This document shows positions 14,813-31,658 of a stretch of 64,000 bases of DNA, in pieces (within the stretch, counting starts at the first letter, position 1; every line of letters starts with the position of its first letter). This DNA is from the human T2T-CHM13v2.0 reference genome, Homo sapiens: assembly GCF_009914755.1 (NCBI RefSeq), contig NC_060927.1; one strand, given 5' to 3'. A model generated the notes under the pieces. That model did no database searches. It worked only from the letters and a program-made list of their open reading frames with translations, and had not been told where the DNA came from. Both the position numbers and the translations under genes were made by a program.

Positions 14813-15194
14813 TAAAATTTTTAGGTTGTAAGTTGATATCCTCCCCTGAAAACTCTGTAGCACCTTTTCTATTGCCTCCAGATATTCCATGTGGCAAAGA
14901 AGTCAGTTGCTAATAAGACTTTTAATTCCTTTGTGGACAACATTTTTACCTGTATAGTTGACAGTAGGATGTGCTAAATATCTTGATGAATCAAATATTT
15001 TGTTCCAGTAGGTATCTATGTAGATTTGCATATTTTCATACTAGGCCACTGGAATAAGGACAGTTCTTTTCACCTCTATACTCATTTGTTTTTGTTTTAT
15101 TTTGCCTTCAAACTCAGGTAAGTGTCATCCATGTACTTTCTTTTTTTCCTTGCTAATTTGTACTTGCTAATTGCCTCCTTTGCAGCTGCCCTAA

Positions 15195-15610
<416 letters not shown>

Positions 15611-15996
15611 TATGAAGTACTTCTTATGTTTTTTTCTCCCTCTTACAGTTTCCATTTTCAGTTCAGGCTCTAATTTATCCTTATGACTTTGAACCCAATT
15701 TCATAGACAGAGGATGCAAAATAGTATGTCTATATTTGTTTTCCAATTCTTGTAGTAAATCAGTTTTAAAGATAAGCACTCACTCTCATTTGTACAGATA
15801 ATAAGATGATATCAACTGTCTGTCTCTCTCTTTCTTTAATTTTCTATACTTAAACAAAAGGTCATCTACACTGATTATATGTTTGCTACTCAATGGGGTT
15901 GGTGGAATGTCTTGGCTTTCATTATTGACTACCTGGGAGCTCATTAGACATCCATTTCTTACCTACAGCTAAAATGCAGAATAATATATTGCCTAG

Positions 15997-16356
<360 letters not shown>

Positions 16357-16899
16357 TAGCACGCTTGTACTGTATTTCTCTTGGCCCCTTTCATCTAGAA
16401 TTTATGCAAGAGAAGGTCCTGTTAGTAGGGGTTAAACATTTGGATTCAGCTATTCCTGATTGCATTTTAGTTATTACATCATGTAACCCAATACATTTCT
16501 TTTGTTGTTGTTACTCTTTTTTGCTTGATTCATTTTTAATGTTTCCTTTTGTATTAATTTTTTAAATCCTGGATAAAACAATAGTTATTATTTCTTCATG
16601 TGTTTTAGCATGGCAGAAAGAAGGGTAGTCGATATAATTGTAAATGCTAAAAACTGAGTCAGCCAGAGTGTACACCAATCAGCTATCCAGCCTTAGATCT
16701 AAGAAGAGGGTTTGGCTCTTAGACAAATTGACTGAGTAGGACCAAGAACAAGTCAAACTCATATTTTGACCAACTGCAGGGATGGAAACCATGCTCAAGG
16801 AAAATAAAGAAAAAGAAAACATTAAAAGTAAAATAATATTTTTCCTTTTAAAAATATTATCCAGCAAAAACAATGGATTATCTTAGTAAAAGAAAAGCA

Positions 16900-17700
16900 G
16901 ATCTCTGAAAATGATACAGGAACCCCAGAATATAATTTTTAGAAATTGACACTCTTTATAGAATGTATACTACATTAACTCTGAAACAGAGGCATAAATC
17001 AGAGAAAATAGATTTAATAAAAAGACATGAGGCTGATATTTAACAATGGGTGTGTATAATAAGGAAGGATACCAAGAGAATTAAACAGTAATGATAGATT
17101 TTAAATTCACAAAAATTGATGCTAATAAAGAGTGGAATCAATACAATAGAAAACTGATTCATTGCATGCAGGTCATACTTAAAAAGTTCGCTTGTAATAT
17201 AGAAGAAAAAACAAAGTTGAAATGAAGAGAAAGAACATAATACATATGATATTAAACATATAGATCTAACTTTAGAATTTTCCAAAGAAAGATATAAAAT
17301 TAGAATATAAGTATAATAAAATGTAATATGGAAGAATTTTCTTGAGTTGAAAAATTGGCTCAATTATCCAAATTGAAAGAGTCCTCCTTATAATAAGCAA
17401 GGATTAAAAAGAAATATCTACATTTAGATAAATCCTGAAAAATTTTTAAATTACCAAGAACGCTGTCATTATACAGGCCAGATAGGAAAAAAGTCCGTAA
17501 GAAAAAACAAAACCAACAATAGGATATCTAGAAAGTAACAAAAAATCGCACACCCAGTCTCTCTGCAACTGTATTTCAGAATAGGATAGAGCAGCATCCA
17601 TAGAGTTTTGGGAGAAAACATCATGACCCATGGATATTACACTTAAGAAAATTTCTTTTCTGGAATATTCAAGGGCTCAGAATATATAGCACCCCTGAAT
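16900..17700 (+). mobile_element. Ancient L1M fragment (ORF1-region-like)
   Basis: Very A-rich strand with decayed L1 ORF1-like wording (gaagaattttcttgagttgaaaa, tccaaattgaaagag). Boundaries approximate. Confidence 0.4.
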
Positions 17701-18601
17701 TCATTTTGAAAGCAAAGTAGGGGTTCAAGCACATGTTATATGTAAGAGAATTTGTGGGTCTTTTCATTCTTTGTTTGATTCCAACTCAGGAATCCAGGTG
17801 GACTGCTTCCTGTCAGGGGAATTTTGCAACCCAGGGGATATACATGGCTCTACCATATTCCTCTGCTGTTTCTTTTCTGCTTCCACATTTCCACCAATTT
17901 CCAAAATCTCTTCCTTGTGCCACGTCTTCTACTTTACCATTGAGATGGCCTCTTGTAACTTACTTCATAGTCATTAAGTAAGTAGTCACTTAAAATAACA
18001 GGTGCCATACTCATCCAACCCCTTCTAACAATGACAAAACTTAGTTTCAAGAGTTTAAAATAGCTTTGAACCCTACATTTTTATTTATTTCCCTACTAGA
18101 AAAACAGAGAAGATAAAGTCTCTTTATACTCATTTTAACTGCTAGGAAATTTTATTATAACTCTCTGTAACTTTTTAAAATTCTTATTCATAACCGGAGT
18201 CATTGTTTTTTTCTAATATGAAACAGGTAGTTTATTTTTGCCTGTTTTATATATTTTTTCTTTTTCAGGTTTTAAATTTTATTGAGTGTACTGCTTTTAT
18301 AGTAAATATATACTTGATTAAAATTTTTAAAAATAGCTTTCCCACAGTAGAGATATGGATGCCCAATTAGGTGTGTTGACCTTGGACTTCTGAGCCAGGA
18401 TTCTTAGAAGCCGAGTTTTCTAGCCATCATTTAGACCTGCACTTATCCACCAATTAAAAAAAAAAAAATGAGCACCTTCCTAATACTTCGTATATATAGA
18501 AGAACAAAATCAACACAGTCTTTATTCTCAAGGATATTACAATCTTTTGGGCACACAGGTAGTAAATTGATAAATCCCTACCCCCCAACATCCAACATAT
18601 C

Positions 18602-18908
18602 TTTTTTTTTTTTTTTCTTTTTGAGACGGAGTCTCGTTCTGTCCCCCAGGCTGGAGTGCAGTGGCACGATCTCGGCTCACTGCAAGCTCCGCCTCCCGGG
18701 TTCACGCCATTCTCCTGCCTCAGGCTCCCCTCCCGAGCAGCTGGGACTACAGGCGCCCGCCACCACGCCTGGATAATTTTTTGTATTTTTAGTAGAGACG
18801 GGGTTTCACCGTGTTAGCCAGGATGGTCTCGATCTCCTGACCTCGTGATCCGCCCGCCTTGGCCTCCCAAAGTGCTAGGATTACAGGCGTGAGCCACCGG
18901 GCCCGGCC
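18602..18908 (-). mobile_element. AluY, CpG-rich
   Basis: tgcaagctccgcctcccgggttcacgccattc and gttagccaggatggtctcgatc diagnostics. TSD CCAAC(A/G)TATCTT. Confidence 0.95.
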
Positions 18909-19183
18909 CCAACGTATCTTTATCAATGTGGATGTGTGCCAGCAGAGCACAGTAGCTCTGTTTCATGAAGCACTTCTTAACTTATTTTCTCACAGCAACC
19001 GAGCATAACGGTTTTGAGCATGGACTCTGGAGTCAGAGAATCTGGGTTCAAATTAAGACCCTACTACTACTTACCAGCAGTGTGATTTTAATGTGTTGAT
19101 AATAATACTGGCCTAGTAGAGTGCATCGGGATTGAATGAGTCAACAGTTGTAAATTGTTTAGACTGCTTGGTACACCATAAAT

Positions 19184-19848
<665 letters not shown>

Positions 19849-22800
19849 CCATAAATGATCTAACGGCGTTAAATGAAATCCAGCATGATAAACTTTATAA
19901 TTACTTCTAGAAATAAAAGATTCTTGCCATAGCTTAACTCCCTGCCTTGATTTTCATTGTCATTTCAAGCTTTTTATTTTTTCTATGTCCTTTTTCTGAA
20001 TTTGAAGCAAAGATGAAAAATGATATGTTGGAGTTATTCAGTCAGACACCATTTTTAATCACAAGTCTTGGAAAGCTGAATAGATTATCTGAGCAGGCCC
20101 AAGCCACTGGTGTATTTAAATGTTCACATATAGACATTTCTAATACCCAAAAAGAAAGTATGCCCTTTGCCTATTGCTTTGATAACCCTTTGCTGTAAGG
20201 AAGGAGATCATATTTAAATTCCTCCTTTCAAACATGTCTATCTTCCCAGATCCAGGGCTCACAAAATGACTTAATGTGGCTTGTTAGGCTCGTGGGTGGG
20301 CAGGCTGGAGACTCAGTCACTATGGCAATGACAGGTTTAAATAAACAGTGCTAGTAATATAAATAAGCTGCCGCCACAAAGCAACACTTTTAAACCAAAC
20401 ACAGAACCACATTTTAATGACAGTAAGCTTAGAAACTTTTAGTTAATATTAAATTAACTAGGTCTCTATGCTTCAGCTTTCTCTTTCTTACAAAATCTTA
20501 AAAATTCCCCTATGTAATTCCTTTTCTATTCCAGTTTCTTTTTATACATTTCTAATATTTTTTTCTGGAAGTCCCATAAGGTTGGTTATATTGCAGTTTC
20601 TCGTCAATTACAGTATACATAATTCCTTACTCTTAAGAAAAGGGCTGCAGAATACTTGTTACAGAGAGATAAAACATTTTAGTAGTTCTTCTGACATTCT
20701 ATTTGAATAGTATGTACCCTACAAAAACGACAACTATCCTGAGTATACACAATCAACACATGTTGACACATTTATTCCTTACAACTTGTTGAGATGGTGC
20801 CTCATGCTACAGAGAACACTGTTTCACAGAAGTCAAAGAGCTCACCCCAAATTCATACCACTTTTGGGTGACAGAACTCTCATTTGGACTCAGATATTCT
20901 GACTTTTTTTAGGTCCAGGGCCTCTGACACTTCCAACATTATAGGGAAAGAAAAAAAGCTGAATTTGCTTTACTTCTGATTCATTTTTGTGTTTCATCTC
21001 TAAGAATACATAATTCATAACTGACAGTAGACTCTTTTCTTTCCTAATAAAATAAATGTGGATTTCTTTATATTTCAGTGTGCTTTTTAATTCAGCTAAT
21101 GGCTAAAGAAGGGAAAAGAAGTAATAGTTCCAATAAAGCTATTTTTATTTATTAAAAAGTTTATGTTCTTAGTCATATGTTCTAGATTCTGAAAGAAGAA
21201 AGTATTCATTTAAGAACAGATAAACAAGTTATAACCTTCCTGTTTAATTTGTGGGAAGTTTAAAAAGGTCAAATATGATGCACAAAATTTTCTGCATGAT
21301 GCTTGTTATCTACTAAGATGAAATTTTAATTTGGGAAAACAGTAATTAAGAATCTTTCCTCTCTTTACTACAAACACTGCATTTTCTTATTGTTGAGAGT
21401 TATATATGCTCACTGAGATGGAAATACCATACAGAACAATGTTTTTCAAATAAATGTCTTTTAATTATTACTTTATTGAAGAAAATGCCCTTTAATACTA
21501 AGTACAAGAGAAGAATTGAAATAAAAGGAAACAGTGTAGGTAAAATAATTTTTAAAAGGAGATGATTAAAATTGACTATTACTACAAACAATTGAGGTTG
21601 GGGAAATTTAAAAAGGGGAAGTCATGGATGTGTAAAATAGGTATATTGAGTCTTTTAAAAGGCAAATTTAAAGTGTTGCTAGTTTCTGACCAGATATTAG
21701 GACAAGAGGTGACAGAGAGACCCCCATTAAAATGCTTGGTGAGCACTCCAGAGGCCGCCTTTGAGTTAATCGGTAATTTTTCACAGACGACATCTAATCT
21801 GTGAGTATAAATTACTTTGCACTCTTATTATTCCTTAATTGAAGTGCACCAATGTGAAATTGCCATAGATGTCGCAGGAATGATTCTAGCCTCAATTAAC
21901 TTGGGTGGAATTGAAGCCCTTTTTTCCCTTAACTGGGATTATTGTCTGACATCTTGTATTTATTTAAATTGTTGCTAGAAATTAGAGGGAGACTGTGTGT
22001 GACTAGGTGTTTTATAAGGATGTTCTGGAGCCAAAAGAGCATCTGTGCAATCTATTTCTATTTTAATCTGTACCCATTGTATGCTGCTGTTTTGTGTAAT
22101 AGATGTACTGCTAGCAGTAGCTTAACCTCCCTAGATTCCATTTGGGAAGTGGAGATTAATAGCACTCATATTTTTTTTAAAAGTGGCATTTACAGTCTTT
22201 GTAATTTTTAGTTCAAAAGGCAATCACCCTATTAATTTTTTAAACTAAGTCTCCTACATAGCTATTTTTGTTTAATATATAAAACATGATTTAGGCTTTC
22301 TTTCTAGATTGTGGGGAAGGGCAACATGAGTGAACTCTACTGTGTATCCTACTTTACCCATCCTAAAAACTATTGGAAAAATATTTTACCGATAGCTATT
22401 TAACATTAATAAGTAACTGAATTCAAATATCTTCTTCTGTTTTTTCCTAATGAGTATCATTTGGGAAAATATTCTTGGTTTGTTGGTTTTCACCTGGAAT
22501 TAAAAACCATGAAGAAAATAAACCCGGTGTCTAATTACACAGTAACCAAATAGATACATGTAAAATTATCTCTACAAAGACTATAACATGCTGATAAAAT
22601 TACTCCCAATTCTCAACATTACTAATAAATATTATTGATATCATAGATTATATATAACTGGAGGTGTTTTCTAAAAGTAAATTTTATGAGGTCTCTGTAA
22701 TAACAAATTGATCAATTTGCTTCAAATATTCTGCCCACTTACTTTACACATTCTTAAGACCTATAACCAGCCTTGAATGTTGTCTCTGAAAGTCTCCTAT

Positions 22801-23381
22801 TAGATGGAAAGGTTACCTAATATGGCAACCTAATAACATATTGTGGAAGTTAATTGGCATTACCTGGAGACTGACATCAAAGGTGATTTTCTCTAGCTTC
22901 GATAGAATTGTACCCATTGTCAATTTGATTCAATGTACGTTTATTGAGTTTCTATTATGTGACAAGCCCTAGGGAGACACATTACATGATCCTTTTTCAT
23001 TCAATATAATTTAGCATAAGTTCATTTAACAGATTATTTAGCTAGTCTCAAACAAATATTCTAGGAATGAGAATTGTAGTACTGTTTCCAGACGTCACTG
23101 GATACTTGCTGAGGCTAGAAGAAAGCAGAAAGACTTAAAAGAAATTTAGAAATGGCAAGATTCCCACTACATTTTTACTTACCTATTTTGAGTCAGTCAA
23201 ATTCAATGAAAATCATTAATTTTTCAGTATATTGGTTGCTCTGTATATGATCTTATCTTTAAAGCCAACTGTTTATTATTCCAAAACCAGCTTTCTATAC
23301 ACATGCAAGATTTTTGAGAAGAATAGACAAGGCCATTATTCTTGAGGAAAAACTTACTAGGATGACCCTAATTCCATTTTT

Positions 23382-23671
<290 letters not shown>

Positions 23672-25429
23672 CCTAATTCCATTTTTAATAAAGCTATTTT
23701 TTTTTTGAAGCTTAGAGGAAATACACTCATGAATGAATGGATGGTTAAATGGTTTGCACTGGGGGAAAATTGGTCTTGATAATCTGCTGATGGTCACATT
23801 GATGGATTGGATCAGCAGAAACCAAAGAAAGCATAGCTGGTTCACTCTAGGAATTTGACAAGTAAATTAAACTAATCCAACCTAAACACCCATTGATCTC
23901 ATTGATCCTTAGCCTCATTATGCTATGGTCCATGTAGACATACAGAGCAAAACAATTCCTAAGAACCAATAGCATAGAGCCTATATAATTGGAGTATCTC
24001 CAAATCTTAAGGTTGATACATCTTAAGCATTCTCTAAATTACTATGGCTCATTTCTACCTATCTTAGGAAAGACTGTGCATGCCTCTTCACAATGCCAAT
24101 AACATTTTTGAGGTATTATTATTTTTTGGTGTTACTTGGAGATCAATATCAAAGGTTCTTCCTCAGTTTTGACAGAACTGTGTCCATTTTCAGTTGAAGT
24201 CAATGTACAGTCGTTGAATGACTATTATGTGTCAGGTTCTGAAGATACGTATCATCTGGAAGCTGTACAACTAGTCCCTGACCTCAACAGGCTCACCACT
24301 CATTGAGCTTCCATTTAACACAGGTTCTTCATTATTATCTGGCTGAAGGTAGTGTGGATGGCTGTGAAAGATAAACCTACCTACGTTTTTCTGTTAAGAG
24401 TCTGTCTCTCAAAACTCTTCCGAAGAGCCTTTTAACAGGTCTTTCTTCTTCCTGCTGTCTCTCACTCTACCTCTACACCGTATTCAGACTTCTCATCTAA
24501 ATGATTTTGTCAGTTCAGCCAGAAGTCTGTCCAATCCTTTAACTTTACTTACAGTTATCTATAGCCTCTTGGTAGTTGACAACTGTCAGCTGGACCAACT
24601 TGCATTCATTATTCACTCATCAAGCGACCCAGCCTAGAGATGAGATAAAGAGCCCAAGCCAACAAACAGTCCATTAAAGCTATCTCAGGAAACCAAAAAC
24701 AGCCATCTCAGCTGGAAACCACCCTGGCTGTGAAAGACCAGACGTTTTCAGGCTCCACAGTGATGGCTACTGCTCTGCTTTGCTCCAATGTCTGACCTTA
24801 TCTGAACAAGAACTGAAAGGGTCTGTAAATCTGCCTGAAAGTTTGCAGATGTGTGATGTATATTAATTAGGTTCTTGAAAAAGATAATAATCCATAGGAC
24901 ATGTTTTTAGCCTGTGTCTGTATTCAAAAAATAAGCAGACCAGGCATGACTAATTCATTCATATTGGCTGTTAGCAATTGACATGGATCACTGCACAATC
25001 AGTTTAGCTTTGGCACTGATAGGCACCAGATTTCTAGCTCCAACTTCAGATTTGCAAGTGGAACTCAGCTAGATGATAGAAAAGTAAAGGGACATGTAGA
25101 GAGGATTACAGTGCTCAGACCCCATTTTCACTTGGGAGAAATGATAGCCAGATTCACTTTTTTTTTATTCTATAAATTTGTACATATGGCATACTGTGTG
25201 TAGAGATTGGCAGGAGATATATGGATGATTTCTTTTCTTTCCCCTCAACCTTCTCAAATGTTTATCTTCTAATAGGGAACAGAGTCAGGCAAATAGACAG
25301 TTGTTTATAAAGAATATCCACCATTAATATGCATAGTCACCAATTCAGCATTTATTGAGCACATAATATGTGTAGAAAGTGTGCTAGGGATGCATTGCAT
25401 AATAAAGAGCACTAAATATGGACTGTATA

Positions 25430-25745
<316 letters not shown>

Positions 25746-28700
25746 CTACAGCTCTATAATAAAGAACTCTAAATAAAGACTATATAGTATAGGAAATCAA
25801 AACAAAAGTGGGCATTATAATCCAATATACAATTTTCATATTCGAGTTTTTTAATACTACTTCCATCCTGTCATCCTCTCCACTCCTGCTTCTCTGCTTC
25901 CTACTCTGTGGCTTCCCCACATCCAGGAAATCTGCGATGCTGCTATATTTAATTAAAAGTTTCAGATGAGATTTGTTAGGAACCTTAGAGGGGATGTAGC
26001 AATTCCATTAGTGCCCATATATTTGTCTCTTAATGGTACAGCCTTAGACTCTGAATAAAATGATGCACATCTTGAGTCCTATTTTGTAGATATTAAAAAC
26101 ATACCTTTTATAGGTCCTTCCCTTCCCCCATCTTTTCTATGATGTCACTGCTTCATTTATGTATAGCCATAAGCTGAGAACTGCATTTATTCCTACATTT
26201 TCATTTTCACATGACTGCTCTAATTCACAAGTTACTTATTTCCCATGCCTCTCTACACTTGGTGCCTTCTGTGGTACCTGTCACATGCTGCCGATAAATT
26301 TTCTTTTGAACTGAACTATAAGATATGTTATGAACGTAATTAAGAGAGTTTTTTCTCCCTCTTAGAACCATATAGTACTAAACAGGAGATGCAAAGAATG
26401 GAGCTCACAGGGCAAAGATCCAATGTCAGTCTCTTCACATTGCATGATAAGTGAATATGGTCCTTTCTTGAAATAAGGCTAGACAGTTCTGTCCCCAGGA
26501 GCTCTGACAGAACACTTTCTTTGAGATGAGTGCTCATATCAACTGAAGCTAGTTCACATTTCCTTTAAAATTAATGTAAAGTTGAATGAGTACTTTATCC
26601 ACTTACCTACTTTGTAAAAAGTGAGTCCTATTCTACTTAAATGAAAGCTAAAGAAACCACAAGTCATTAGCCTGGAAATACTTTTGATGAAAGACCAATT
26701 TTCTATTGAGTTATGTTTAAAACCAGGGGAGTTTTCTCTCACTTTCCTTTTTTGCTTAGTTATTTTTCTCTTCTTTGATTGTGCCTTTGTATTATAAGAA
26801 GGAGGCTGCTGTGTTTCATTGTCACAAATGGGTCATGCATTTGTTCCAATGTGTGACCTCTGGAAAGGAGAAGATTATATTATCAAGGAATAGAAGGTTG
26901 TAGCTTGGATGATTTGTTAAGGAAGAAAAAGTTAAGTGTTCAGCAGAGAGATACTGAGAAGAGTAGGAAATCTTTTAGGTTGTTACAGCAGAGGAATATT
27001 TTGTTCAAAAAAAAGATCATACATAAAGCCACACTTCATTATTAAAATATTAAGTGCACACTTTTTTTTCAGGACAAAGCCCTTAAGTATTACTCTGTCA
27101 TTAACTCACTAGGGAACCTAAACTCTTATCTTCTAATCAGGGCTATTATATCAATTAAACGAAACATGATATGCAAGTACTTAGCCAAGTGCCTAGCACA
27201 GAGTAATGGTCTCAATAAATTCTGGTGATACAACATAGGATTAGTCACCATTATTATTAATTGCTATATGATAGAATGGGCATTACTAAAATATAATTAG
27301 TTCATATTCTGGAAAGATCAGACAAATATATGTATTCAAATGAGTTTTTTATTTGAATTGTATTTATTTGATTTCAGTTAAGGGGGTTTATTTGTTTCTG
27401 GGGAAAGCATTGCAAAAGACAAAATTATTGCTTGAAGAGCGAGCATCTGTTGCAGAGGAACTTTAAGATGGCAAAGGAAACACAACTAGAAGGATGCTGG
27501 CATCACTGAAAGCCTAGAGGAAGACTCTGAGGTCTGGAAAAGGAAGAAACAAAAGCCTGCACTGCCTGAGTCAAAGAGACAGAGGAAAAAAGAAGGGAGA
27601 AGGAGGTCATATTAGTGAAGCAGAGTTGGTGCTGGGCCTTGAAGCTGAGTTTGAGAAGTTAACATTCTTTACTTCTGATCATAAACAATTTAAAAACTAT
27701 GGCCCATCTCGGGGGAAAGAAGCAGCTGTGACCCAGAATATATAGATAATCAAATATTGATCACCCTTTCTACCCTTAGAGCCTTGCTTGTTCCTTTGAG
27801 TGAGGTTTCTCTGGGCAGAATCTGACATGCTATTTTTAATAAGAAAAAGCCTTTTTTGTTTTGTTTTGTTTTACTGTTGAGCACAATATGACTACACCAG
27901 CTTAGCCTAATAGGGAATCAAGGTTTCCTCTGATTGTCAAACGTGCACCTATAACTGGTGCTGATCATTTTTTATCAGTCAGTGCATCACATGTGCTCTG
28001 GTGGAATCCATCTTCCATCACAGCAAGATCAATCAACTCTAATTTTAAAAACCAAAAGGAAACTATGTACAAAAATAGGAAAATGCTATATTTATAACTG
28101 TAAAATATTCACAGAAATGGTTAATACAAAATGAACATTTTTCAAATAATGTTTATTTATTATTGGATTTTCAGTTCACAATGTATCATGAGTAATGATG
28201 TAAGAAAATTCTTTGTAAGAAATGGTTGGATAGCCTTCCTTAATATTTAGGAAAAAAAGTCTAAGCCTGTTTACGTTCAAATCTAAAGCTGAACACCTGG
28301 CCAGAGCTTGTTGTAGACCTTTTGGTGAGCTGCCGCTAATTCATAAAGTAACTTTGTGCAAATTAGAAAAACATACCTCCTGGAGGCAGACTGTCTTGTG
28401 CCATTACAATCTCCTCAACCAGGAGGTAGCCCTGTTACATGGGCTACCTTATGGCACCTGGGCAAAGCTGGACAATTGCAATATACCAGCAGGCCTTTCC
28501 TCTTAGATAAGCTTGGAAAAAAAGTTAGCTTGTTGCATGATGATATTTCTTTTGGCATGGATAACAGGTAAAAACCCTAAAGAGCACATTATTTTCTGTA
28601 GAATTTATAACATTGATTTTGTTACAATTAACTTTATTTAAATAAATTGCAAATTAAGCTACTATAATTTGGCTCTGATCAACAAATATCCATCTACATT

Positions 28701-29020
28701 ATGTATTTATACACTTACATAAAAGTTGGAGACTAGTTCCATGCAACACAGACAAAAAAAGAATTAGATTGCTTTGCCTGAAGAGTAAAGAAAGTATTTT
28801 CTTTGAATATCCTGCCAGAGGAACCTGCCAGATGTTTTCCATCTTTTCTGAGTGCAGAAAAAAAAGAAAACTGGCTTAAGCTACGTAGATATTTCAGCTC
28901 TGGAAAAAGTTTCCTGACAAAGAGAATAATAAAATTAGTTTATAACAAAACCTTTTTTTCTCAAGGTAGATAGAATTTTAAAGGCAAGAATAAGCATTTT
29001 ATTGGCCCACATTTTAAAAC

Positions 29021-29134
29021 CCAGTTTTTCCTTTCCTTTAGAAATATAAGGATAATTTCTAGATAAAATCAGCATTTTTAACTGTAAGAAAAATTAATAA
29101 AGGTATATAAAACAGGCCTCACATATTCATTTCT
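29021..29134 (+). repeat. 114-bp local duplication, copy 1
   Basis: 109/114 identical, ungapped, to 31659-31772 by manual alignment. Confidence 0.92.
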
Positions 29135-29651
29135 TATCATAAAGAAACGGATTTTTGCCTGGAAAAATACCCCTACTTGTCTAAAATAGTTAAGTGTGGA
29201 TAAAATGTAGTCTGGAGGAAAGGGCAACAGAGTAGGTAGTTTCAATTACTAGATTTTTGCCATCATGTTTCTATAACAAAAAACACCATTACATAAAAAT
29301 AGTAGATTAGTAAAGCGAAAAGGAGAGGAAATGTATAAAATTCATATTATAACAAAATATTGTTATCTAGAAATAGTTTACTAGTAAAGCAAAAAAGAAA
29401 GGGAACATACACAATATAGTGAGTTGTTTGAGTAAAGAAATCCACAACCTATTTTTTTTTCCTTGACTAGCACTGGACTAGAAAACAGAAAAACTAGGGT
29501 CCTAACCAGCTATGTGATATCAGGCAATTTACATTCCCTCTCTGATCCTCAGTTTTCTCATTTGAAAAATTATATGGTCACACTAGTTACTGAAGGCTCT
29601 TCCAGCCCTAATATTTTTGTTGGAATTCTTTACATTCTTTATCTTTAAGAC

Positions 29652-29820
29652 ATCAGAGTTCTCAAATTTTAGGATACATCAAAATCACCTGGGAATTTGA
29701 TAAGACAGCAGATTCCACCCCAGAGATTCTAAGCCCCTCTCCAGAAACTCTGATTCAGTACATAGGCTCCAAAGCATCATTTTCCACATACTGTCTCCAC
29801 GGTGAGATTGCAGGAAGGTG
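29652..29820. mobile_element. MER5-like hAT DNA transposon remnant
   Basis: cagagttctcaaattt...catcaaaatcacctggga...cagattcc...tctgattcagta, wording typical of MER5A/B. Confidence 0.55.
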
Positions 29821-31254
29821 CCAAAGGGAGAACAGGAGACATGTCTTATTAAAACTATAAATTGAGTAACTAGCAGAGTGTCTGGCAAAGAATAGATGGC
29901 CAACAAATGTTGATTTAATGAACTATTTTTCATTAAAAGATTCCTTTATGTTCATGATATTAATGGATTTTCATCATTATCTGATTCTCTAAGAGAACGA
30001 GGGCTTATTTCTAACAGAGGGAAAATAGTCTAGGTTGCTCAGTAGCTACAAATTGATGTAGAAGTGCTTTGTAAAATTAGCAAATGTTTTAAAATTATTT
30101 CTTTTTTTCAACATAGCTCCCCTCCAATCTTCAATGTAAAAGAAAAAAAAATGAATTCTGTACTTGTATACTTTTTGTAAGTGGCATAATAACAATATGC
30201 TCTTTTTATTCTGAAAAAGGACTCACTCTTTACAGTAAAGTGCTGGAAAATCAAGCCATCACTTCAACCCACAGCATCTGTCTCTTGCACCATCTCTGCC
30301 AAATGTCACCCTTCCTCTCGGGTTTGATTGTGCTACTGTATCTGGGAGAGTATGCCTCACTGCATAGCTTGTAATATCAGTCTCTGTGCCTTCCGGTCTC
30401 AGATTCCCTCTCATTTCACCTCATGTATATTAATACAGAGATTAGTTTCACTTTTTTTCTTGAATAGCTAATCACTTGGCAGCCAACATCCAACTGTGGC
30501 ATTACAGGTCAAATCAGCTGAAAAGGACAGTGACTTCAAGCAGGAAAATATAATGCTTAGTGAAAACTGCACCCAGAACAGGACCTCAGACTTGTCACCC
30601 GGACATGAAAGATTTATTTTCAATTACAAATCTGAGCTTAATGTGAGGGCACCCTGGGGGAGATTCAGATCACTGCCTCTTCTAAATTGACCTTCTACTT
30701 GTTTTAATATTTCCTTCTCTGCTGAACAGCATTCCATGACCCTCTGAGCTGAAGATCCATATTAGCTGCTGTAGTAATTCCAACCCTAGGAAAACTTTTG
30801 AAAAATTTCTCTAACTGAAGGCCAAGTTACATGAATAATTTTCTCCTTGGTGAGCCTTCACTGGCTAACACAGCAATAGATTGGGGGCTTCAGACAGTAC
30901 CTCCAGAGGATTGCGGAAGCCAATATCACCATGTTGCTTAAATTTGAGTGGAATCCAAAAGCCAAAAATTATTCCAATTTTCAATATTAGGTGGATTAAT
31001 TGTAAACAGCTAACTCAGAACTATCATATATCCCCTTGGCGTTGGTAAACAAGATTCCTTGAGGCTAGCTGCTGATACTGCTACACTGGCTGCTGGAATC
31101 AGGAGTTTGCCTCAGGATATTTCAGTTCCTTGTTTTAGTGCATTTATGCGCACTTACCAGATGCACCAAAATACATACCATATGGCCCTAATATAGGGTT
31201 CGCAAACTTGTCTCTTAAAAAGTACTGATTGTGATTTCTTAGGAAAAGTCCTTT

Positions 31255-31285
<31 letters not shown>

Positions 31286-31658
31286 TAATTTAAAGTTTGG
31301 GATAGTGAGAAACTTGAATTATCTTTCAAGTTTTATCAGAGACCTGATTATTGAAAAGTAGCTTAGTGTAATTTTCTTTCTTCTATAGCTTTCATTGCAT
31401 CTAACTTGAGACTTTTCTCTCTACCTGTGTTTCTAGATCATTTGTTGTAGAATACTTACACCATTCTTGGTTGTCACCTTTGAGTCTAATTATTATGCCC
31501 ATAATCATGGATAATTGTGTTAGATGAAAATAAACATATTACCTTCACTTAGTTAATCTTATCGATATTTAGGTTTTCCATAGTGATTTTATCTACGTAA
31601 TGTCAGGAATGGTAGATACAATCTACCATTGTGTCTACCAATACAAAAAAAATTGGGT

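Noticed and set aside
18250-18275. tttttcttttcAG|GTttta as a recursive splice site
   Set aside because: The acceptor is good, but the reconstituted donor GTTTTA is far from consensus.
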